Positions 11,935-23,861 of a DNA stretch of 64,000 nucleotides are shown here, in pieces. The stretch is from Raillietiella orientalis (taxonomy: Eukaryota), in the NCBI GenBank assembly GCA_036172245.1, contig JAYWIR010000027.1:1426001-1490000 (forward strand), in the 5' to 3' direction. The stretch's first letter is position 1; every line of letters begins with the position of its first letter. The translations under genes were made by a program, and so were the position numbers. The notes under the pieces are model-generated. The model made no database searches and was not told the DNA's origin. It was given only the letters and a program-made list of their open reading frames with translations.

Positions 11935-13960
11935 GGCGTTTATTATTAAAAGTAGCAATAAACTCATAATTTGTGGTAGGACGCGTAGTCCTACCACGCT
12001 CAAATTAGCGATGGACCTGCCGGGTTGAACCTGCCGCTCAGAGGCGGCGATGTCCACCTCGGCAGCGGAGGGGAAGGGGAAACAAAAAGAAAAATAAAAT
12101 AAACTTAACGAAACAAATACAAAGGAGAACTGGAGGGTCAGGAAGGGATCGTTTCCGGCTGGAAGGATCTCTTCCTGACCCTCTGCATCCTTTCCAGGAT
12201 GCTGGCTAGGTCCGTCCTGCTAGCACCCAAGAGGGGCCATCTTGCTTCTATCTGCAGAAAGCGAAGGGCACACTTCATGAATTCCCTCTCGTTCGGTCAG
12301 CATCGCTCCAGGCCGCCACAATTCCGCGGATGCAGAAGAGAGCTTCTGGGACTGTTGCTGTGACTGACGGAAGAGCATCCTGCATGAGAAGGAGTCTGGA
12401 AATGTCCCTGGAGTTGCCAACCGGGGTCCTCAGGGTCGTTCCCAAACGTTGTTCAAAGGGACCGGAGGGCAACACAGTCCATGAGCAGGTGCGGGAGGGA
12501 CTCTCATTCCCCACGTCTGAGACAGACCGGGCTCACCCACCCCAGTGTCCAATGATGTTGGAGAGAGTTGCAAGGAAGATCCCAGTGCAACAGCAGAATT
12601 ACTGACTCTTGCCGCTTCAGGGGGAGGGCGCTGCTGTTCTTGAGCACTGGGGGCCACTCGAGGTATTCGCCAGGAATGCCGAGCAGCTCACCCCAGCGTT
12701 GCAATCCTTGCGGAAGAACATTCGTGATCGCAGCATCCGCCAGCTGCCCCATGATCCAATCACTCGTAAACTTCTGCCTGCCTGTGATCTTGCAGGAGAT
12801 TTTCTCACCTCGGCAGTTGGCTGCTGCCAGGCGTCCTCCTCAGGAAGGGCGTCGTTGCAGTGAGGGGAGTCCCCTCCACCCACGCGCTCATATTCCACAG
12901 TGAGAAGCGGGCGTAGTTGCCGAGGCGCAGGCAATTCCACCTCTCCGAGCGGCGCTCCTTCAGCTTCGCCCAGTGCCAACAATTTCTTCTAGCCGGGCTC
13001 TAGAATTGGCGGGACAGCAGACCATCCAGCAGTTCTCTCTCGTCATAATGGCCACGCGTTCCACACTTTCTCACCTTTCGGCCAGAGCACAAAACGCAAG
13101 TCCTTCGGTTCCGGCTGCGCAGCCGGCGAGGAGGAGGCGTGAGGGAACGCCCCAGGGGGCGCTGCAGTAAGTCGCGGCGATGGACAACAATCTCCATTGC
13201 AGCTGCATGTCCAACCGCTCCAGCGTCAGGAGGCCGAAACCGCCGTCTCGAGGGGAAGCACAAGAGTCCTTCAGCTAGACTCGGGACCTTCGTTCGCCCC
13301 ACAGGGCAATTCTAAGAAGGTCTTCGTCCGCTTTGCCCACGCCGCACCGCCTGGTGCCTCCGACGACTTTGCCCTGTTCACCTCCAAGCCCGTCCCGCGG
13401 CTTAGCGGCCCGAAGAAGCCCTTGAGTGCTGACATCTGGGAGGACATGGGGAGCAGCAGCAAAAGATCGTTCCTCCTTCCACCTCCTTTTTTATTCTTGT
13501 CTCCCCACATTCACCACGCCTTCGAGTCCGCTTCAAAGAGCCGCCAACAGCGAGCAGTTGCAGGCGCTTTCAGGAACAAGATGGTTCGCAGCCACACATG
13601 GTCTCCATCCTCTAGCTCTTCCCGGCTTCTTCCGGACTGCCATCCTCCTCGTTGCCCTTTGACCTCTTGATGAGATGTGGTTTTGCGAAACGGGATGGCC
13701 CTGCGCCGTGCAGGCGGCGAGAGACGCTTCAGTGTTTCCCAAAGCCTTCGTCCCTTAGGGATCCCCCCTCTTTGAGATCGCAGTTGAGAAATTTCCCTTT
13801 TCTAGTTATTTTGATTCTCCTCGATCAGTTTGTTCCCTCCTGGATGTTTTTACCCCGATTTATGTCTTGGGTCTTTCGGTGTTCTCTCCGAGCCCGAGTT
13901 CGCTGGGATGGGTCCATGGAACAGCTGATGCTGTAACCGTTCCCGCTCAGATGAATGGGA
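11935..13960 (-). mobile_element. Internally deleted L1/Tx1-like retrotransposon relic (ORF1 start plus zf-RVT C-terminus and 3' UTR)
   Basis: LLLHWDLPCN...SPVCLRRGE*ESLPHLLMDC at ~12620-12470, same family motif as 38870-38995. T-rich 3' UTR 12075-12125 and minus-strand AATAAA at ~11939-11944. Confidence 0.65.
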
Positions 13961-16900
13961 CCGTGAGCCGTGTTTAGTCTTTTATGTGCCTGACACTGAC
14001 ACACAGCATTCTCGGTTTGACTGGGCAGACCACTGGAGAGAAAAAGTTCTCATTCGAGACATCCGGAATGCGAGGCAGTCGCTTCTCGGCAGCGTTTTGG
14101 TGCATTTTGGTGCCGAGTCGCCGTTGTTACTGTTTTTTTTTAAAAAAAAAAGAAAAACTTTTCCGTTGAATAAACGACACAGCCTCTGCAACATTTCCAA
14201 AGCTTTTATTTATAGCTCTGTGGCATCAGTAAAAGAATTCAATAAATAAACCAAAAAGCTTTTATTCGGATTCTTCCATAGCTTTTATAGCTCTCTCTCT
14301 CTCTCTCAATATCAGTTTGTAGTTTTCAAACGGCTCTCTTGGTGCGCGTTTGACATTCCTTCAGAACAAAGAGGCTGTGGTACTAAAGAGCTGCTTTGAG
14401 CTTCCTGATGCTTATCTGTAAGCATCCATCTACTTCATTCCTCCCTTTTTATGCTTTCTCTACGCTCATTTTGTCTGCATGCTTCTCACGTATCATGTCT
14501 TCACTAGGAGATACAGAAAGGGTTTAAAATAATTCCACAGTAATAGGTTGCACCATGAAGCATGAAGTCTTCCGATTTGCCTCGAAAGGCGAAGGGATGC
14601 CTGCCCTTCAAAGCAAATACACTGAAAGCGAATGTGGTGAAATCGAGCATCCGCGTCATCTCAATTGCACTCACGAACAACGTAGAAACTGAACTGAATG
14701 TCTCCAATCATTCGTGTGTGTTGTACGCAGCTGGAGCGTGGGCGGAAGCCGGAGTCCAATGTTCAAAGTAGGAATGATAAGAATATATGCCAAGACAACA
14801 GGAAGTGGCTGACAAGGACTCTGCCTGCTATAAACTCGAAGAATAATTTATGGTGGATCTGAATTCCCTACGCACTTCACTCGAGCCCAGCAGCTGCTAA
14901 ACCAAGAAAATTCCCAATTTTCTTTTCCTCTAACGCGATATTCGATTGACTAACTTACCTGGCAAAACTTTCATGCCAGCTTGTGGCGTTGGGTAACTAC
15001 GTGCAATAACTAATGGTGATGGGATACCATTCGGAAAAGCTTATTGCTCATTTTAAAATCGAATGATGAACACATAGATGTGCCTCGGCGTGTTTGCAGG
15101 CGATGGTCCGCACTAAACATTTCTGGAGAGGCTCAAGGGTCCAGCAGTCCTTAAGCATCCCAGCACTGTTCCAGAAATTGATCATTCTTGTTATCAGCTG
15201 GTATGATGATAAACAAACAGTGCTACCTTCCGAATGTTCAGTGCATTTAAGACCATAGCCAGTTTGTGTAAAAGTGTGTAAAAGTTCGGAAGGTCTTAAA
15301 AGTGGCAAACTGCCTTTGCTCCTTCTTTGCTGACTCATAAAGTGAAACTCCAATAAAGGAAACAACCAGGAACGTGGTTTCGGCTCAGTTTAGATGCATT
15401 TGGTCTATTAAAAAAAAAAAGAGGTTATAGGAATTTTCGTATTCTTCAATATGCATGTCTTTTCTTTACTTTTCTTCTTTTTTTTTGCTTTTTCGTTTTG
15501 GTTAGCCTGCATGCTATGCACCTCCTGGTAGGCTTTCTTAATAGAAAAAAAAAAAAATTAAACACAAGGTGATTGAAAGCATAATAATCCTACAACAGCT
15601 ATCAACCTTCTTTCGAAGGCATGTTAAACTTCCCTAAGTACTTTAAGCACAAATATTTTTCAGAATATTCATTTTGTGATGGAAAGTCCCAATTTTTCAA
15701 GCGTTCATGATTTCATGATCAGAAAGAAAAGTAAAATATGTATCACAAGGGAGAACGGACAAAGTCTGACCATTAAAAAAACGCAAGGATCTCATAATTA
15801 CCACCATTATTATAGAAAGAATTGTGATTATTGTGAATTACAGTTAATTTACTTTAGCACGCATTTGAAACGGAGCATCGAGAGTCCAATGGTTTGCGCC
15901 AACTACAAAGCCTTTTATACGAATAAGTTCCTTGCTCAATAAGAGCTTCCATTTCTATTTCCATAGTGGGTTATGGTTTGAGCTTTGTATAGATCAATTC
16001 ATATTGCACAGTAATTATCACACATATGCAACACACGTGAAAATGTGACTTCTAGAAATATAATCATAGTAACGTCTGTATCTACACCTTAGAACATCTA
16101 TATTGCTTTTTTTTATTTAAATTCTTGTGCTCCTCCATAGGTAAATGAACATTTGGAAACCACTTGTAGCTAATACCTTATATTCTGAATACTTCTGGAT
16201 GTTTCGTAGTTTTTACATTGCTCAGGAACAATTACAAAGCAAGCAGAGCGAATTATTGTAAATTTTCTTCCCTGAAAGAATGGGGAAGTTTGATCTTTAA
16301 ACAAACGTCGGGTGTTTGGAGGTGATTTGCTACGTGTCTACATCCATTCTTTTCCCAGAGGAATCACAGAAGAATTCAAAGTTCTTTAGAATATTTAGCC
16401 TCATATGTGAATAAAAATACACATTTGGCAATATGATATGGGAAATACAACATTGATGAATTAAAAGGACAGGGCATGAAATAAAAATATGGATGCAAAA
16501 TTCTTAGTTACACAGATTCCTTCTCTCGTTTACCTTCTAGTATCGAAAGAGCAGCAAAGATTGGAATCTTCAAAAGCATTTTCTTTCGCGTTGGTCCTTT
16601 TTTTAACTTTTTAACATTTGAAGACTCTTCGTCTTAACTTCTGACAGAATTCTCTTGAAAGGACCAAATAATGTTTGATTTCAAGCTCTTCAGAATTCAT
16701 CAGCAAGCTTTGTGTCTCCGGTAAACAAACATGCAAAAGTTGCATTTCTTTTGTACGGCGGCAGGGAAATGCAAATAATGGCAGCAGATCTCACTGGACG
16801 AAAAAATCCAGGAATACGGAATAAAATATTTCTGTTTCAAGGACGTTTGATCCAAATTAAAACGAGATTCCAATCCAATACTCAGTTGTTGTTGTTGTTG

Positions 16901-17260
16901 TTGTCTTTTAAAAAAAAAAAAACGCAAAAATCGCATTATACTATACTGTACATAGTGCTCTCGCTTCGTACACCACTTTTCAGTGAGCAGCCTAATAGCG
17001 ATTCGATGAGTGACGTAGCGCCCCTGCGAGTTACTGATGAAGTAGGGATGAAGTGAGCAGCATTCCAATTGGAATAGACCTTACATTGGGAAATTGGGCT
17101 TCCATTTTCAATAAAGTTAGTTCTTACATTTCAGGTCGTGAAAAGCAGGAACGTTTCCTTGCCTACGTTGAAGTAGGGAATTTTGTTAAGGGCTAGTTTC
17201 CTGTCGCTGATGAAGTCTGGAAGGTAGTCATTATCAACTATTGTGTTTAGGGCCCGCACG

Positions 17261-18859
17261 ATGCCTTCATCTCATTTGCAAGAACCGTTTGCCAAAGAAA
17301 TAGAAATCTTCATCGAAAAACTAAGGAGGTATTGTTTTCATTGATTGGACATTACTGTGGAGTACTTTTGGTACCTCTTATTTAATTTGATGGAAAAGTC
17401 GAATTTTACAAACCGTGCTTCAGTAACAGATGCTCCATGTACACTTAAAAGATGTGCAAGAAATGTGTACAACATTCATGTTAAGAGTATTATTTCGTTT
17501 TCTTGTAGGTGTACCAGCCCGTTATCAGTTGCTCATGGTGCAGTTAGTTTAATTAAACAGATCATCACATCTGGTTCCTGGTCAGAAACAAGGTATTAAA
17601 AGTATTTGTAAACAGCAGGCACGTTACTTTTCCATTAACGTAATGGTACAGAGGAATGCAATTTAGGAAATTCTAATAAACAAACCTTTGCTTTGATTTC
17701 TAATTTTCATAATAGACATTCAGTGCTAATGATTTGTTTACTTTCTAGAGAAGTAATTCTAACATTGAGGAAAATTGGACAAATTCTTGAGAATGTCCAT
17801 CCCAAAAATATGATTATAGGCAACATCTTTAGCAGAGTATCAAAGATCATCAAGACGGAATACAGATTGCAAACAGTAATTATAAATTCAATATTTAAAG
17901 TTTACTTAATGTTTTACTGGTTTTAAGTATAACCCCACATCTATCAATCCCTTTTTGCAAGAAGAATTGGTTGGTGACTACTCAGATGAAATAAAAGATA
18001 TCAAATCCATGTGCTTAGAAGGCATAGAAGAACTTAACAGTGAATTAGACACATGGTAATCAATGTATTCTCATGTATGCATAATGATTTTTAGCTATGG
18101 CAATATAACACAGCAAGCTGGTCAACATTTACGCTACCAAGAATGTGTTTTGGTGTCAGGTCATACTAGTCTGGCAGAAATGTTCCTTTGTCGTGCAGCT
18201 AAACATTTGGACTTGACAGTAGTTGTAGCAGAAGGAGCACCCTTTGGAAATGTTAGTTTAATTCTTGCTGCCATTCTTTTATATTTTTACTTAGGGCCAA
18301 AGGCTTGCTCACAATCTTAGTGCTAGTGGTATTAGAACACTTTTTATACCTGACTCCTCAGTGTTTGCTTTGATGCCACAAGTTAACAAAATTATTGTAA
18401 GCCCTGATTGTGTGCTTGCAAATGGTGGATTACGAGCTCCTAGTGGCACTCATAATGTAGTTTTGGCAGCTCAACACCACTCCGTTCCAGTAAGTACACT
18501 TCATTTTCTACAACAATAGTACACTTCGTTTTGTAATTGTTTGCATCAGGTAATAGTCTTAGCAGGTTTATTTCAACTCTCTTCAAAGTTCCACACATCA
18601 CTGGATGTAGAAGCATTTCATGAATTAGCTTCTCCTGAACAAGTTCTCCCATTTTCTCTTGGCCTTTCCCAAACCCATGTGCCTAATCCTCTGTATGATT
18701 ATGTGCCTCCAGAGTCGGTTTCCTTGATCATCTCTGACATGTGAGTATCAGATTCTAATGTTCTTGAACTTCTGTTTAAGTGGTGGCAATGCTCCCTCAT
18801 ATGTGTATCGGCTGCTTAGTGAATTGTATGATGCAGAAGATCATCAGCTAAACAGCTGA
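17261..18859 (+). CDS. EIF2B2: Translation initiation factor eIF-2B subunit beta (multi-exon)
   Basis: ATG 17261. Spliced translation gives IGNIFSRVSKIIKTE, VVVAEGAPF, IPDSSVFALMPQVNKI, NPLYDYVPPESVSLIISD and GGNAPSYVYRLLSELYDAEDHQLNS* (TGA 18857-18859). Short GT-AG introns. Confidence 0.93.
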
Positions 18860-18898
18860 CTACTGAGTGAAGACCATAATGTGGTAAAATTATCAGAT

Positions 18899-20155
<1,257 letters not shown>

Positions 20156-20901
20156 GATTACTAATAAACATCAATTCACCAAATCCCATTTCCCGCTGGA
20201 AAGATGTTTCATGATTGGTTCAAATTAAAATTCCGCGCCAATTTCTCTTGCCGGCATTTAAACGAAGTCTTTCGCGTAAGATATGGTTCATCAGGTAATA
20301 GTAATGATGAATTATAAAATACTTTTGGTTTTTCATGGATCTACTGGGAAATATACATTTAGGAAATAAATGTATTTCAAAAACTTTTTTTCCCATTCAA
20401 ATAATGCATGTGTCGTCTAATTTAGTGAATAGTACATTTGGGTAAATACATTAAATAGCGCTCCTTCAAGAAGCCAAGATACACAAATGTACATCTTTAT
20501 TACTTAGCTTTTATTTTTGAGATTATCTTCAGCATTGATTAATGAAGAGTCAAAGTGTAGAAGATTATAAGGTTCATCATTTTTCAATGTGAGTTTACAT
20601 TTGGCGTATGGTTTTTTTAATTTCGACCTTCTCGTACTTAACTTACAATCAATTAACGTTAGTTTTCCGTTATATGTGTGTATTTGTTATTATTTGGTGT
20701 ACTCTTTTCATTTAAAAGCAGACTGTCATTTGCAATATGCGAATATTTGCTGTGGTTCGTGACGTCACTAGTCACGTTTTTGCTAAAGTATCTATGATCG
20801 TGCAGGATTATTTTGAGAACGCCATTTTGGATGTATGGAACCACTGCAAGGGCTCTTTGTAGCCAATTAAAATACCCTGTTACGGGGGGTTTTGGAAAAG
20901 C
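20156..20901. promoter_or_regulatory. Divergent promoter region between ZNF367 and SERBP1
   Basis: 746 bp between start codons. ZNF367 side: E2F-like TTTCCCGC 20189-20196 and minus-strand TTGGCGCGG..TTTGAA-CCAAT 20241-20214. SERBP1 side: CRE TGACGTCA 20760-20767, YY1-like CGCCATTTT 20820-20828, CCAAT ~20863. Confidence 0.6.
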
Positions 20902-23680
20902 ATGGAAAACTCCTATGGGATAGGAGTTTTCAATAGATATGCTCTGTTTTACGACGAAAACGAAGATCCTTTAGAGACTTTGAAAGAAAATGAAAAAAAC
21001 AAAGACATTAAAAAAAAGAAGAAAAGCTTGCCCAACACTGAAAAGGAAAATAAACAGAAAGCAGCATCACCAGTTAAGTTACCTGCAAAAAAGATCTCAA
21101 AGGGAGTAGAAGAAAAAAAAGAAGTCAAAAAGGAAAAGATCCAGAAAAACGTAATTCCTCCTTCAGAACCTAAACAAGGTATAAAGTTATTTGTGTATTT
21201 GATTCCAGTGGTAAATGTAAAATTGTAAAGTGTTTGTTGGATGTATTTGTAGCATTATTGTGATATATGTGAAGGGATAATGAGATCATGAATGTTTCAA
21301 ACGATTGTAGTCGTATGAATGATTTCAAAGTTTTCAAAAATTAATTTTGAAGTCACCTACAGTTTCAGGATGTCTTATTGGGAAATGAGTTTAGTGATTG
21401 TTTTGAGGTTCGTACAGTTTGCTTTTTAAGGATTGTGTCAGAATATGCCAGACCTTGTTTCCTTTAGAAATTTGTGCGTAGTTTGAAGTGGTATTGCATA
21501 CAAAGTAGTGAAGTCTTAATTCATGTATCGAGAGAACTTCAGGTCTCACAAGCATTATTTTTGACACGTATTATTGTTTTTTTCTCTTGGGAAAGCAAAG
21601 TTAAAAAATACTTAATTCTCTTAGGTCTCAAGGTTTTCTTTTTTAAACATAAGGAAACTTTTAATTGTAGTTTTCTTTAGCCTACAAACCAAATTTCTAA
21701 CCACAAGCTTAATCGTACTTTGTTAAAATTTTAATGCTGTATATAGTTTCATTGTTTTCATAATTGTCATCAAACCTTGAAATCTTGATGCTAAATGTAA
21801 AATCTTGATTGAGCATTTGCCTTGACCAAGTGTTTTCTTGCATCTGTGTACGTGAAGATGAAAAATATTCTATCATTAATCCATGATATAAGTTTGTATT
21901 TTATTAATCTGCGGTATAAGTTATTTATTGAAGGTACTGAGCAGCAGGACTTTTTAGGTAAATACTTTATTCGACAATTCATGACTTGCCTCAAATAGTT
22001 ATTCAAATGATTGATAAATCTCGGTTAGTCTAGGGTTTGGATGCTGAGGTATATGAAAAATGAGATTTGGAATCCTATACTTAAGCAAAATATCTGGGAG
22101 ATACAATTTCCTAAACAAAAGGCTCTTTTGATTTTATCCTGTAACATTTCATTGCTTATTGAGGTCTGTCTTAAAATATTGATCCGTTAGGAATTTTTGT
22201 GCTTGAAAGTAGGTGCTAATTTATATCTCTCTTGTGCTGTTTATGTCGGCTAGATGAGTTAGTAATTTGCAAGTACAGTTGTTCTGTAACTTGGAAATGT
22301 GCAGATTGCTGTTGACAGTTTTTACTTTTAGTTTGTGAAGTGAGATTTCTTTTCAGGTAAAGCTGTATTTTTGTTTTGATTTAATAAACAAGTGATGCTG
22401 TTGATTTGCTTCCAAATTCCAATTAGTGTTAATTTTTCAGTGGACAACTACAAACCCAGGCCACTTCGTCAGCCCATTGAAAAACAAGTCAGACCTGCTT
22501 ATGATGCAACCGTTAGAGAAGAACGCTATATTCCAAAAAATAAGGAAGCATATCCTGACAAATCAATAAAAGAAGTGAAAGACAAGCCTGAACGAGAATT
22601 CAAGAATTATAACAGGTATGTTTTAACTGTATCATATGTTGATTTGGTGAAATTCTTAGAAAAGATACAGTACCACCCCCAAGATTTGAATATGAGAGAG
22701 GAAAACCTGGGAGGGGCAGGATACGAGGGGGTAGAGGAAGAGCCATGCGCAACGGATGGAGTATTCGGGGCAAAAGAGAATATGATAGACAATCTGGATC
22801 TGACAAGACGTAAGCATGCCTAATAGATGTGGTCAAGATCCCATTCTGTTAAGCCGGCCAGGCCACCATACATGGTGCTTGGTGTGCTAATGATGGGGAA
22901 AATAATACTGCTAGTGTGTATGGTGTGTAGGTGTACTCACCAAAGAAGAATGCAGTTACATAGTCCATTTGAAATGCAATTCATGTAAACTAATGTTGAT
23001 TTTCCAGTGGTGTAAAGGCAGTGGAGAAGCGAGAAGGTGCTGGATCATATAACTGGGGAAGAGAAGATGAAATTATTGAGTAAGTTTATTTACAGATTGG
23101 TGTGTCATGCATAATTTACAGTACCCATGAGCAAGCTAAGAATGGGTTGTCTGATGGACAAGGAGACACCTGGAATGGGACTGATAGCCCAGGAGAAACT
23201 GTGACTGAACAGCCAATTCCTAATGGAGAGGTTTCCCTTCCTTCACCAAAGGAAGAACCAGCCCGAGAAATGACTTTAGATGAATGGAAAAAATTACAAG
23301 AAAGTAATCGCTCTCGACCCCAGTATAATCTTCGCAAGGCTGGTGAAGGAGAAGACAGCACACAGTGGAGTGGAGGCATTCTGCTTCGTAAAAAGGATGT
23401 TGTTCCTACTCCTGAGCCAGATGAAGATGAGATGGTTTCCGATGGGGAAGATGCACAGCGTAGATCACGGCCCAAACCAATTCCGATCGATATTACGTTC
23501 GCCGATGCACGACGTGGTAGAGGAAGAGGTCGTGGAATGCGTGGCACACGTGCTGCAAGTCGTGGTGCATTAAGAGGCAATGTGACCGGAAACTTTCGGG
23601 AGCGTACGGAGAGGGACCGCAGTCAACGGCAAAATGCACCACGCGTGGATGATGAGACAGATTTTCCTTCATTGGAATAA
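20902..23680 (+). CDS. SERBP1: SERBP1/vig (HABP4/PAI-RBP1 family) RNA-binding protein; exons 20902-21178, 22441-22615, 22660-22809, 23008-23079, 23122-23680
   Basis: [60 protein letters not shown]; RG-rich repeats; C-terminal APRVDDETDFPSLE*. Confidence 0.93.
22838..22963 (+). ncRNA. SNORA70: Intronic box H/ACA snoRNA, SNORA70/U70-like
   Basis: In SERBP1 intron 22810-23007. Hairpin 1 (CCCATT/GATGGG; CCAGG-C-CACCA/TGGTG-CTTGG), H box AAAATA 22899-22904, hairpin 2 (ACTGC/GCAGT; TGGTG/CACCA), ACA 22958-22960 plus 3 nt. Pocket 2 (GTGTGTA + AAG) is complementary to 18S CUU-UG-UACACAC. Confidence 0.8.
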
Positions 23681-23861
23681 CATTTGGACATTCCTTTTGT
23701 GCTTGTCCGCTATCTGCGCTTCAAATAAAAAAAAAACGAATGCGCGCACGCGTGCTTTTGGCGCAGGAATACGTTATTTTGGTAGAAGGTTAATGACTTT
23801 GTTTGATCAATAATCGTAAGCCGCTGTCATGGGTTCCGTTGTACGTAAGTGAGTTAGTACA

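Noticed and set aside
12005..12075. HDV-like or twister ribozyme, or tRNA-derived head
   Set aside because: Crossed stems exist, but canonical P3/L3 and J4/2 (HDV), the twister core and a cloverleaf could not be fitted; kept only as a generic structured element.
126..13936. Many long overlapping six-frame ORFs (up to 347 aa)
   Set aside because: Arg/Pro/Gly-rich, overlapping on both strands, and expected from high GC; apart from retroelement traces they show no protein motifs.
20303..20400. Box C/D snoRNA from the ATGATGA motif
   Set aside because: No matching CTGA box D with a terminal stem at a suitable distance, and it lies in a promoter.
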